DNA from: Eledone cirrhosa
Lineage: Eukaryota
NCBI GenBank assembly: GCA_964016885.1
Contig: OZ024744.1
Span: 42,842,001-42,906,000, forward strand
Length of the DNA stretch: 64,000 bases
Direction of reading: 5' to 3'
Shown here: positions 37,581 to 50,600 of the stretch, in pieces
Layout: every line of letters begins with the position of its first letter
How positions within the stretch are numbered: position 1 is the first letter of the stretch
The notes under the pieces: generated by a model
What the model was told of the DNA's origin: nothing
What the model saw: the letters and a program-made list of their open reading frames with translations, nothing else
The model's database searches: none
Made by a program: the position numbers and the translations under genes

Positions 37581-39975
37581 CTACAAAGATGATGAACACT
37601 GCCTTTATGACTAAGGAATAATGGAAAATTAAAATAATAAAAAGTTTTGTTGATTTATTTTTATGCTGCTGTCTTTTGGTAAATTCTCCAAATGAGGAAC
37701 AGCAAAATAGATAGTGTGAAGTTTTCTAGTCTGTTGGTTTACAAAGTGTTTTTTTAAATAATAACCTCTGAGACAGGGTACAAACTACTTTCAAAATATA
37801 ATGAACAGCTGTCATACAATCAGCTATTAGTGTCACTATTGACAGCTAGTGTCTATAAAGACATGATCTGGGATATTTGAGATTTATTTGTCTGTCATAG
37901 AAAGTTGTAAAGTTTCCTATGGTTTAGTGTGTACTTCCGGCATTGAATTCATGTTCATAATTTTGAAGGTTTGATCCGCAGTCCCCTCCATACTTTGTTA
38001 GTGTAAGAAACTCTCAGGAGAACTAAACAGCAGAAGGTCTTCAGAGAAGATACCCTCTCAAGCAAGTGTTTTGGCCCTTAACTTACTGTGTTGTTCTTTA
38101 TTTAGAGTTACTGTTCTCCTAGTCAGGTTGCCTTTGATTCCTAGACTTGGTGGTGTATTTTGCTCTTAAACAATAAACTCTATTTTATGCTGTTCCAGTT
38201 GACTCAGTTGAAGAAAGGTGTACCAGCATCAGCAGCAGTTGGACATTGACCATTTTGAGATGGATTGTCATCCTATCCTGTGTGTGAGTTTTGAACACAT
38301 GCAACTGGGATAAGCTTCAGCCTAATGAACCACAGCGCTGGATAAAGACTTCCATCTTTTTTAACCCAGAAAGCAGAACAAAGCATCTCTCTTTATGGAA
38401 TTGGGTTGGTGCTATCCTAGACTTTTGACACAAGACAAAATACATGAATTTGTACAATCTATATATAGATTTCTCCAATTCTGTTACAACACATAAAGAG
38501 AGAGGTGTAGTTTGACTACCTCATACTACTCCTCTATCTTTACGTCTGCTGCCTGCATGTGTGTAAAAGGAAGGAAGAGGGTGGTGAAAAATCTATCATA
38601 AAATAGTGGCTGGTGTTCCATTTGTTTTACTGTGTTTGTGTGAATGTATGTCTGTGAGTGTGTATTTTTGTAAGTGTGTCTGTGTTTGCACGTTTATATT
38701 TATATACTCATACATATAAATGTATGCACATGCATACACATACACATCAGCATGTTGAAAAAAATCCTAGTATACAATAAATTAATGTTGTAGAAAATTC
38801 CAGCTGGTTATTGATTAACCCCTTCATTGCTATATTTTTAATAAAAGAGACATGGAGAGATTTATAAAAATTATTAATTATTTCATTACTAAGATTACTG
38901 GTTATTAAATATGACCATCCCCAAATATATATATTTAATAAAATGTTGTAGTTTGCTTGAAGCATTGTCTATAATATATAACTTTGAAAGAGATAGAAGA
39001 GTAAATTAATGCAAAATGACTGTAAGATGAGGTAACGAAAAGTAAGTTACCTGATAATCTTTGTTTTGTTTTTTGTTGTTGTTGTTCTGTTTTCTGTCCA
39101 ATATTTCGGGACCTAAAATTCCCTTCTTCAGGGTGTAAGGAACTTTCAATGGATAATGTTCCAATTTCCTCTCTTTGGGATTAAATTTTGATATATATAT
39201 ATATATATATTGCCATGACTAAAATGAATTGAGATGTGTTTAGAGAAATAGATTTATAGCCCCCCCCCCCTCTCTCTCTCTCTCTGTACATGCATGTCTG
39301 TAGTGACCAATCGTAAAATCACAAACTAAACAATGAAAAGATTATTACATTTTTTGCTAAATCATTCTTTATGTTGGAAGATTTTAATTTGAATAAGAAC
39401 TCTGTAAAATGATTTATATGTATGTAAATAATTAGTTTAGTGATTGACTATTATTATATTCACTAGCAGAAAAACCACCCTTCGCGTGGTTTTCTGCTAG
39501 CATGTGTAGTGTGTATATTGATATTATATGCAGGTATATATACATGTAGATAATGATACATCAAATAAAATCGTAATTGACAATATATAATACATAGAAA
39601 TTGAATGAAGACTGTGTTACACTGTCTTATTTAATCAATAATGTAATCCATGATACATTAAAAAACGACGATATATATAAACTGCATTAGGAGAAAATTA
39701 GTATGTTTATTTAAGCGATGGCCAACCGACTGTTGACATTTCAGAAATTTTAAAGAAGTGAATCTTTAAATAAACAAAACATATTTAATCAGCAGCCACA
39801 AAATTTAGTAGATAAATTATGTAATATTCATTCATTATTTATTCAAAGTAATCCAACTTATTTTACTCATGGGATAAAAAATTATAAACCGTACGCAGTC
39901 ACGTGTTCCTTACTTTATTATAGTTTAAATTTGCATTGGGATGTACACATTTCAAATTTTCCTAATACTTTTCAA

Positions 39976-40191
39976 CCCTTTAGTTACTCATAAGTTACAT
40001 TCCTTTATATTTTCTATTGTATTTTCATGGTAATGGCTTTATCTCACATAATATCGAATCTATGAGATTTTGATTTTATTTATTTTGAGAACAATACCTT
40101 AAAATAAGTATAAGCAACTGGTTGCGGCCGGTTTGAACAGAAATAGATGAGAGAATTCTGGCTGGATACAGCCAATTTAAAGGCTAAAGGG
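39976..40191 (+). mobile_element. piggyBac-like MITE (uninterrupted, diverged)
   Basis: TCAA|CCCTTTAG ... GCTAAAGGG|TTAA; single copy of the unit region. Confidence 0.85.
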
Positions 40192-40214
40192 TTAAGTCAA
40201 CTGCTTTGTTTATT

Positions 40215-40995
40215 TATGTGTGTGTGTATAGAAAAGAAGTAGGTGCTAACTCTATATGATGTACACAATGTAAATCTTGGATATGCAAGAGGTGTAGCGG
40301 GATAGCAGGAAGACTAACAGAAAAAGTAAACATTGTATGTGACAGTTGCACAGGGATAGTTGGTAGTAAAAGCAGCAATAAAATAAACGTTTTCCAATCC
40401 CAGGAAGGCTCCATAGAAGTGGTTGATAGATTTTGCTACCTAGGGGATAGAATTAGTTGGGAAAGATTATTCACCGAGAGTATAGTAGTCAGAGAAAAAT
40501 CAGGATGAAAAAAGTTCAGGAAGCTACTACCACTGTTCATAACAAAAGGTTTCTCTCTATAAAAGAAAGACCAGCTGTATGATGCTTATGTGTGATGAGC
40601 AATGTTGCATGGTAGTGAGACATGAGCTACGAATGCAGAGGACATGTGAAGGTTAGAGAGAAATGGTGCAACCATACTTCAATGGATATCCAATATTAAT
40701 CTGCGTGACCAAAAAACCATGGATGAGCTGAGATAAAAGTTGAATATAAGAAGAGTCAGGTGTAGTGTGTAGGATAGAAGACTGCGCTGGTATGGTCATG
40801 TGATGCATATGGATGATGATCAATGCCTGAAGAAGTGCCAAAAAATCCGAGTGGAAAGAAACTTCAGTTGAGGGAGACCAAGGAAGACTTAGACAGATGT
40901 GATGACGAAGGACCTCAATAAGTGTATGCTGTGCTGGAAAAGACCGATCAAGCCCATGCAAGTATGGAAAAACGGACATAAAACAATGATGATGA
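40215..40995 (+). mobile_element. Degraded 5'-truncated RTE
   Basis: PHD remnant, VVDRFCYLGD, RLRWYGHV, short GAT tail. Confidence 0.8.
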
Positions 40996-41358
40996 TTGTA
41001 ATGTAATGGTGTATCATGTGTGTATGTATTATATATCAGTAAACCTTCTCTATGCAAAAACAATCTCTATGCAAAAAGCCTGTAATTCAAAGCTATATAT
41101 ATTTACATAAAAACCTTCTATCATAATTTTATATAAGAACCTATGTTCCAAACACCAACTTAATAATGAGAAAATTAGCAAAATTACAAAATACTTCCAA
41201 ATTCTTGAATATTGTCAAAATTAATTGAAAATCATGGGCAGTGTATTTCATTAGAAATACGGTAATGACAAGGTTGAATAAGTGAACCTTATAAGTAACT
41301 CTCATCCTTAATGATAAAGTTATATGTGTGTCTACATGCTTGTCTGTGTTTATATATA

Positions 41359-42030
41359 ACTAGCTGAAGGACCCGGCATTGCCCAAGTTTCTACTGTTCT
41401 TATTCAGATTAGTAAACAATAAATATGAAGATATATTTTTTCTTATAATTATTTCAAAATATCAAAATTGTAATGGTAATGGAATTTAGAAAAAAATCTG
41501 TCAATTTTGAAGCACCTCAGATAAACAATATTCATTGTGTCATCATATGTGTAGATGTGTGTGTGGTTAATTCTCTGTGTATCTAATTAAATATTTACGT
41601 GAAGATGTGTGTGTATGTAACTTACTAAAGCCTAACGAATGTAACAAATGCACAAACACACAGACACTCACAGGCACATACACACTCATATACAAAATGT
41701 GATGTCATCGTGTTAAAAAATGTCCGTTTATTATAGTTGACTATAGAAAGATAATTTTAGATAAAATGCTTTAATCCAAATAAAAATAAAAATTACATGT
41801 TGTTAATCCCAGCTTGTAAAATTTGATTTGATTTGGTCAAGCCATTTGAGAATGTATAAGGAAAAGACTGACAGACAAAGAATTTTGTATAGAGAGATTG
41901 CACATACATACAACACGTACATATATATTTAGCATACATACAGATACATTCACAAAACCATGAAAACACACGAATGTTTAGTTGTTTGCCAGTATTTAAA
42001 TACATTTATATAACACACCTCTATACACAC
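41359..42030. mobile_element. Possible Helitron/Helentron-like non-autonomous element
   Basis: ACTAGctgaaggACCCGGCATTGCCC terminus similar to 10000 and 43471; far boundary uncertain. Confidence 0.4.
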
Positions 42031-42389
42031 ACACATAGCCCTTTTGTTACTTCTTTGGTTTGTTATCCATAGCTGAACTTTGAAAAGTTATGCAAGCGTG
42101 GAAGATGGACGTTAAACGATGATGATGATGATGTCAACAGATGCACAGACATAAACATAAGTCTTGTCAAAAATAAAAGGATAGGGCTGCTGCTGTTTTT
42201 GTAGTGATGTTTTTTTTAATGTTATTCATTGGGACAAACCACAATCAGCAATCTATATCATCACCTCTCCAGTGGTATGGTGTGAGAATGTTCTCTGGTG
42301 CACAGAATTCCAGGTGGAAGTCACTTAATCGTCCCAGAGGATAGCAGGGAATATGCATTGATATAACCATTCCATCTTGTGGTGCTCAC

Positions 42390-43260
42390 TCAGTCTTTCT
42401 CTTCTTTACCTAGGCCTGCCTGGGGAGCATAGGCAGAGATGATTGTCAGTAGTCTCTTGCCTACAACTAATCTAAGCTTAATTATTCTATTACTAACTCT
42501 AACTACCTCTATTGTCTTATCAATCCATCTCTCAGCTAGGAAAATACCTACTCCCCCTAACCCATCATCATTACCCACCCAGAAAAGTTTATAACTAAGA
42601 TGTTTGCCTGCGATTAGTCTCGCAGAGGCACCTCTCCATCTCACCTCGTGCACGCAGCACACATCCACATACCTTCTCTCCAGCATCTCCACTATCTCAC
42701 CAAATCTACCTATTAGAGTGCCAACATTAAGTGTGGCAACTCTGAGATGCGACGTCTTCATATTCTTGTTCCTTTTCCTGTAGTGCGATTGCTTGATGAC
42801 GGTCGGGGGGTTCTCGCACATGGCCTCATCAGCCACCCCGCTACCGTGCATAGCCCTAACAAGGTTAGTGTTATTGCTGTTTACGCAGTTGTTGTACAAC
42901 TGCTTGATGACGGTTGGGGAGTTCTCGCACATGGCCTCACCAGCCACCCCACTACCATGCGCAGCCCTAACATGGTTAGTGTTATTGCTGTTGACGCAGT
43001 TGTTACAAATCTCATTTGTTGTGCTCATAGTTTTTGGCAGTAGTATATATACTGGTTGGATGCCCTTCCTAACACCAACACCACTTTACAGCATGGACTG
43101 GGTGCTTTTATTCGTGCCACCAGCACTAGAGAGGTTGTCTTACTGGACTCAGGGTCCCTCTCCACCCCCCATTTTACAGCATGGACTGAGTGCTTTTATT
43201 TGTGCCACCAGCACTAAGGAAGTTGTCTTACTGGACTTAAGGTACTTCTCTACCCTGCAC
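42390..43260 (-). mobile_element. RTE LINE 5' end (leader, ORF N-terminus, endonuclease)
   Basis: ORF from 43028: LRVATLNVGTL, VHEVRWRG, GGVGIFL, TIISAYAPQ. Confidence 0.85.
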
Positions 43261-43470
43261 CAATTTATTTTGAGTGGTAGCTCTCCTAGATGGGTTGCCT
43301 ACATTATGGCTTACGGAGCCTCCTTCCACCCCTTGTCTGTTCTATGATATATTCACGAGGGAGTGGTTAGAATACAGCGTCAGGCATGTATACCGAATGT
43401 GGTGGTGGTGGGGTGGGTGGGTTTGAAGTGAGAACCATAATGGCTTACACAAAATAATATATATATATAT

Positions 43471-44480
43471 ACTAGCAGTGTATCCCGGCGTTGCACGGGT
43501 AAGAACATTGGTAATAGCACCTCCAATGAGAAACGTTTATTTGTTTATTTATGCCTGTTAAAAACTCACGAAAATATACCGACAGGAAACTTGTTTTATT
43601 TGGAGAAAATTAAGAAGTTGAAAGTACAGTTTAGCTGTCTACGTGCATTGTTCATAGAAATATTGTTGAGCCCCTTTTCATACTCCTCTGTTTTGGCCTA
43701 TTGGAGTAAATGTGAAAGAGAAAGTCACAGGTTAAGTTGGCAGAAGGTTCCATAGCAGTAAGGCGTAGGCTACTTACCTTAAAAGTTAATTCGCACTCTT
43801 TCAACTAAGTTACTCTTTCTCTCTATCCCTCTCGGTGCAGTCCCTTGCGAATTTCTCACGTAGGCCTGGTGTAGATTTGCACCCGATCCATCTACCCGAT
43901 GCACATGTTCGCTTTGTACGGCTTTTGGAGGAAGGAGTGACCAGCAGTACGTTGTTCGGTATTATTATGAAAATGTGTAGCAGAGAATCCGGCGTGAACT
44001 ATCAGCCCGGGAGGAAACTGCTTACCTCAAAGATTCATTCGCCATTAAGATAACAGATTAAAGTTTAAGCAAAGAATTGCTGCTTTCACTCTTAACGGGA
44101 TCTTCTGAAACTAAAAAAAATCAATCTGTGAACGCAGAAGTAAATATTTCGAAAAATGTTGCAACCGAAGGAAAACAGGAAGACGATACTTTGGTTCGTG
44201 AAGACATTCCCTGTCAAAGAACGGAAAATAGTGAACATAATACGTCATCAATGTTCGTCAGAATGTCGTAATGCAGACAGCCAGACATACAGACAGATAT
44301 TATAAGGGCGCGACGGAGATTGATAACCGGCGCCTAACACCCCTTTAACAACAGAAAATTGAAAAATAAAAGCTGCAGTTAATATCTTTAGACCGCAAGG
44401 AATATATAAATGCAAGTTTGAAGATGTGGATTTGTATAGACTTTGCAAAAATGAGGACACACACAGATAACTACAGTTTT
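43471..44480. mobile_element. Non-autonomous Helitron/Helentron-like element
   Basis: ACTAG...CCCGGCGTTGCACGGG; shares aacagattaaagtttaagcaaag and gcagacagccagacatacagacag blocks with 10000-10620. Confidence 0.7.
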
Positions 44481-44483
44481 ATA

Positions 44484-44517
<34 letters not shown>

Positions 44518-45399
44518 CTAGATGAGGTACCCAGCTTTGCTCAGGTGAACAGTTGATAAGAGATGACTGGTAGAAGAGAAAACAACTCTATTAGATGTGT
44601 TGTCTGGTTTACAGTATGAGGCAAGACTGTGGTGTGTGTCTGTGTGATAAATAGTTCTGGGCCTTTATCAGGATCGGGCAATTCAGCGCTTATGATTTTA
44701 TCAATTTGATCTGAAACTTTTAGTCTGGTGTAAAATGACTTGATATTGTTAAACCTTCGACTGGTTTAAGACAATTCTAGACTTCACTGAAACAAACATA
44801 CAGCATCTGTTTCACTTTCTCTGCGTGAATATACCTCTATTTTTTCTAAAATAATTTTTTTTTGCGTTTCTGCCACTACCCCCACTTCAATCTATTTATT
44901 TCTTCTTTAATTTCTCATTTTATTTTCTGATAAAGGACTAGCATCTGAAACATTGAGACTCTTTTCCAACTATATCAAGAGTTATAATTAATAATATATT
45001 TCTTCATTGTACTATGTAGTTTGCTTTGTTATTTCTGTTTGCCTTTTGCATGCACACATACACACACATGCATATATATTTATATATATCATCATCATCA
45101 TCATATATATGAGCTTCTAACCTGTTTCCATGTACAAAATTTCACTTACAAGGCATTGGTCAACCTAAAGCTATTGTAGATGATAATTGTCTCAGATACC
45201 TCAGCCATACCTGTATAGCAATGCTATAAAAAAATATAGATATTACTCATCATCAGCTCTAACCACCACTGCCAAGGTCTATCATAGTCTTCAGCTATTG
45301 CAGCTTTCTTACTCTTGGATCTTATGATTCTTCTTCACCCAACAATTATTAGCCACATGCAACATGTACCAACACAGTCTTCTATGATTCATGATATAA

Positions 45400-45612
45400 T
45401 AGATTATCACCATCATTACTACAACCACCACCGTCAATATCATATCCACCATCATCTGCTTCTTCATCATCATAATCACCTTCTGCATTATCGTCATCAC
45501 CATCATCATCATCACCACCATCACCTGCTTCTTCATCTCCATCTTTATTCTCATCTTCTCCATCATCACCATCACACCCTCCATTATCAACATCATCATC
45601 ACATAACCATCA
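45400..45612. repeat. Degenerate (CAT/CAC)n microsatellite
   Basis: Trinucleotide runs; explains the poly-His and poly-Met ORFs. Confidence 0.9.
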
Positions 45613-46429
45613 ATAATATATTTATATTGTGATATATTTTCCATTTAGCAGTATGTCTCCAAAACGTTGCTCTCTAACAATCATGTGTGGTGGTGGGGTG
45701 GGGGGTCTATTTTGTTTGTATTCTCTCACAATTGAAGCCCAACCTTAAATTTCAATAGTTTTCATCCTGTTTGTTTAGAAATTTAAGGAAATATTGATTA
45801 TCTCTATCTTTACATCTATCTCTTCCTCTATTTGCTCTTTCTCCCCTCTTTCCCTGTCCTTCTTCTCCCTTGTCCCCCTCCCTCCTCTCTTTCTGTCTCT
45901 GACTTTCACACTTTATCTCTCACCCTCCCCATCTGCATTTGCTCATTTGGGATTGATTGTGCTAATACTTAACACATTTAAACCTGTTTAGTGTGTATAG
46001 CTCCTACTGTTAGAGTTGATGATGTCCTTACTGACCCCATCCTCCCTAGTATGCGATGCAACTGGGATGACATCAATTGCAACTCAACCTGCATGTGCAT
46101 CAAGTCTTTTTCGGACCAACATCATTCTCACCTGCTTCCTTTTTGCCTCGCAGCCTGAATACCATGTGACTCAATTTGGTGCCCTCCTCATCAATCGGTA
46201 TCCTTCTTGATGATGAATGGACCCACATTGGTCAACCAAAGGCTATAGTAGAAGACTGCTGCTCTCCTCCAGCAAATTGAGATAAGGGTATTGTGCCTGA
46301 AGATGGAGCCATATTCTTTGTGCCAACAATTTTGCCATAGTATCTACGGATTAAAGTTGAGACATGGATTGGGGGGGGGGGGGGGGTCACTGTGTATATG
46401 TGAAAAACAAATATAGCAGAAATGTAAGA

Positions 46430-46570
46430 AATGGTTGTGTGGTTAAAGAGCTTACTTTGCAACCATGTGGTTTCATGTTCAGTTCCACTTGGACAAATGT
46501 CATTTACTATAGCCTCTGGCTGACTAATGCTCTGTCAATGTAATCAGGTAGACAAAACCAGCAGAAACCT
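46430..46570 (+). mobile_element. tRNA-derived SINE head
   Basis: tggttgtgtggttaaagagcttactttgcaaccatgtggtttcatgttcagttcca, similar to the head at 63460. Confidence 0.6.
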
Positions 46571-46633
46571 ATTGTGTGTGTGTATGTGTGGTTAGCATGT
46601 TGTACTTAGCAATTGAAAGACATTATTTTCAGA

Positions 46634-46817
46634 TTGGCAGTATCGGTAGAGAGTCGGACACCATGCTTTGAAGCATAGAGTTACGTCCCTTTATGATCTG
46701 AGTTCAAATCCTGCCGAGGTTAACTTTGCCTTTCATCCTTACGGGGGTTGATAAAATAAAGTACCAATAATATACTGGGTAATTGCTGGCCTTGTGCCAA
46801 AAATAGAAACAATTATT
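46634..46817 (+). mobile_element. tRNA-derived SINE
   Basis: Close match to 60467-60650 and reverse of 3527-3700. Confidence 0.8.
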
Positions 46818-47150
46818 TTCATGGTCTAATTTGACAATCACCATCTTTCCTTCCAGCACACACACACATACACTCATTGACATCATTAGAAAGTGCTTTG
46901 ATGATGTTGATTTCCCATCATAACTAGCCTAGCCTGACCAGTCTTCTTACAGACCATGACAACCCTTCCAACCCATGCAAACATGGAAAGCAGATGTAAA
47001 ATAGTGAAGATGATATTTATATAAATACGGCCATCAGCTAAGTTATATAACCAAACATCCATTGGCCAACATGGAGAAATTTTATCCCAATAGGATTTTT
47101 TTCAACACGCTAATGTGTGTGTGTATGTGCATATTCATACATTTAGAAGT

Positions 47151-47652
47151 ATCATCATCATCATCATCATCATCACCGTTTTACGTCCGTTCTTCCATGC
47201 TAGCATGGGTTAGACGGGTTGTCCTGTTGAGGGCAGTGTCTGGTCGACTGACCATGCCTTGCTCATACAGGAACTGATTTTGGCTTGATTTCTACAGCTG
47301 GATGCCCTTCCTAACGCCAACCTCATTTACAGTGAGTGCTGGGTGCTTTTTTTCCGTGGCGTCTACATGTCCACTTTACAGTGTGGGCTGGGTGCTTTTT
47401 TGCCATGGCACCTCCACGACCACTTTGCAGTGGAAGGGTGTGGGGGCATATTATTGTCTATATGCTTCAGCTTGTACCCATGGGAGGTCGGGAACTCAGT
47501 ATTACTCGTGATGCCGAAGGGCACGGTCATGTGTCATTGCCTTTGAGAGGTGTAATTGGGTAAGGTCGGCTTTTATCACCTCATCCCAGGTCATCTTGGG
47601 TCAACCCACTCCGCGGTTTCCATTGATTTCTAGTGCTTTGCACCTTTTTATC
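47151..47652 (-). mobile_element. 5'-truncated RTE (3' end), abutting the satellite
   Basis: Reverse complement closely matches 2290-2761; (CAT)n tail. Confidence 0.9.
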
Positions 47653-47654
47653 AT

Positions 47655-50600
47655 TATGTGATGTGATGTGGAGAAAGACAGGTGTGTTAGGTAAGACACA
47701 GTGTGATGTGATGTGGAAAGACAGGTGTGTTAGGTGAGACACAGTGTGATGTGAAGTGAGACAGGTGTGTTAGGTAAGACACAATGTCATGTAAAGAGAG
47801 ACATGTGTGTTAGGTGAGACACAGTGTGATGTGGTGTGAAGAGAGACAGGTGTGTTAGGTGAGACAGAGTGTGATGTGAAGAGAGACAGATGTGTTAGGT
47901 AAGATACAGTGTCATGTAAAGAGAGACATGTGTGTTAGGTGAGACACAGTGTGATGTGATGAGAAGAGAGACAGGTGTGTTAGGTGAGACACAGTGTGAT
48001 GTGGTGTGAAGAGAGACAGGTGTGTTAGGTGAGACAGAGTGTGATGTGAAGAGAGACAGGTGTGTGAGGTGATACAGTGTGATGTGAAGAGAGACAGGTG
48101 TGGTAGGTGAGACACTGATGTGAAGAGAGACAGGTGTGTTAGGTAAGACACAGTGTGATGTGAAGTGAGACAGGTGTGTTAGGTAAGACACAGTGTGGTG
48201 TGGAGAGAGACAGGTGTGTCAGGTGAGACACAGTGTGATGTGAAGAGAGACAGGTTTGTTAGGTGAGACACATTGTGATGTGGAGAGAGACAGGTGTGTT
48301 AGGTGAGACACAGTGTGATGTGGTGTGAAGAGAGACAGGTGTGTTAGGTGAGACACTGATGTGAAGAGAGACAGGTGTGTTAGGTAAGACACAGTGTGAT
48401 GTGAAGTGAGACAGGTGTGATGTGAAGAAAGACAGGTGTGTTAGGTAAGACATAGTGTGATGTGGAAAGACAGGTGTGTTAGCTGAGACACTGTGATGTG
48501 AAAAGAGACAGGTGTGATGTGGTGTGAAGAGAGACAGGTGTGATAAGGTGAGACACAGTGTGATGTGGTGTGAAGAGAGACAGGTGTGTTAGGTGAGACA
48601 CAGTGTGATGTGAAAAGAGACAAGTGTGTTAGGTAAGACACAGTGTGATGTGAAGAGAGACAGGTGTGTACGGGTGAGACACTGTAATCTGAAGAGAGAC
48701 AGGTGTGTTAGGGTGAGACACTGTCATGTGAAGACAGACATGTGTGAAAGGTAAGACAGTGTGATGTGAAGAGAGAAAGCTGTGTTAGGTAAGACATCGT
48801 GTGATGTGGAGAGAGACAGCTTTGTTAGGTGAGACACAGTGTGATGTGGAGAGAGACAGGTGTGTTAGGTGAGACACAGTGTGGTGTTGAGAGAGACACA
48901 GTGTGATGTGAAGAGAGACAGCTTTGTTAGGTAAGACACAGTGTGATGTGGAGAGAGACAGGTGTGTTAGGTGAGACACAGTGTGGTGTTGAGAGAGACA
49001 CAGTGTGATGTGAAGAGAGACAGCTTTGTTAGGTAAGACACAGTGTGATGTGGAGAGAGACAGGTGTGTTAGGTGAGACACAGTGTGATGTGAAGAGAGA
49101 CAGCTTTGTTAGGTGAGACACTGTGATGTTGAGAGAGACACAGTGTGATGTGAAGAGAGACAACTTTGTTAGGTAAGACACAGTGTAATGTGGAGAGAGT
49201 CAGGTGTGTTAGATGAGACCTAATGTGATGTGAAGAGAGACAGGTGTGTTAGGTAAGACACAGTGTGATGTGGAGAGATACAGGTGTGTTAGGTGAGACA
49301 AAGTGTGATGTGAAGAGAGACAGGTGTGTTAGGTAAGACACAGTCTGATGTGAAGATAGACTGGTGTGTTAGGTAAGACAGTGTGATGTGAAGAGAGACA
49401 GGTTTGTTAGGTAAGACACTGTGATGGGGAGAGAGAGACAGGTGTGTTAGGTGAGACACAGTGTGATGTGAAGAGAGACCGGTGTGTTAGGTGAGACACA
49501 GTGTGATGTGAAGAGAGACATGTGAGTTAGGTAAGACACAGTGTGATGTGGAGAGAGACAGGTGTGTTAGGTGAGACACAGTGATGTGAAGAGAGACAGG
49601 TGTGTTAGGTAAGACACTGTGATGTGGAGAGAGAGACAGGTGTGTTAGGTGAGACACAGTGTGATGTGATGTGAAGATAGACTGGTGTGTTAGATGAGAC
49701 ACTGTCATGTGAAGAGAGACAGGTGTGTTAGGTAAGACACAGTGTGATGTGACGAGAGACAGTTGTGTTAGGTGAGACACAGTGTGATGTGAAGAGAGAC
49801 AGGTGCCTTAGGTGAGCCACAGTGTGGTGTGATGTGAAGAGAGACAGGTGCCTTAGGTGAGCCACAGTGTGATGTGATGTGAAGGCAGACAGGTGTGTTA
49901 GTTAAGACACAGTATGATGTTGAGAGAGACAGGTGTGTTAGGGGAGACAACAATGTGATGTGATTTGGAAAGACACGTGTGTTAGGTGAAACAGTGTGAT
50001 GTTGAGAGAGACAGTTGTGTTAGGTGAGACACAGTGCGATGTGTAGAGAGACAGGTGTGTTAGGTAAGACACAGTGTGATGTGAAGAGAGACAGGTGTGT
50101 TAGGTGAGACACTGTGATGTGGAGAGAGTCAGGTGTGTTAGATGAGTCACTGTGATGTGAAGAGAGACAGGTGTGTTAGGTAAGACAGTGTGACGTGATT
50201 TGGAAAGAGAGGTGTGTTAGATTAGACATAGTGTGATGTGAAGAGAGACAGGTGTGTTAGGTGAGACACAGTGTGATGTGAAGAGAGAAAGGTGTGTCAG
50301 GTAAGACACAGTGTGATGTGAAGAGAGACAGGTGTGTTAGGTGAGATACAGTGTGGTGTGGAGAGAGACAGGTGTGTTAGGTGAGACACAATGTGATGTG
50401 ATTTGGAAAGACAGGTGTGTTAGGTGAGACTGTGATTTGATATGAAGAGAGACAGGTGTGTTAGGTAGGGCACAGTGTGATGTGATGTAAAGAGACACAG
50501 GTGTGTTAGGTGAGACAAGGTGTGATGTGAAGAGAGACAGGTGTGTTAGGTGAGACACAGTGTGATGTGAAAAGAGACAGGTGTGTTAGGTAAGACAGTG

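Noticed and set aside
37900-38360. Possible old SINE
   Set aside because: Only faint motif resemblance and no second copy in the window to confirm it.
45309-45644. Poly-His and poly-Met ORFs
   Set aside because: (CAT)n microsatellite.
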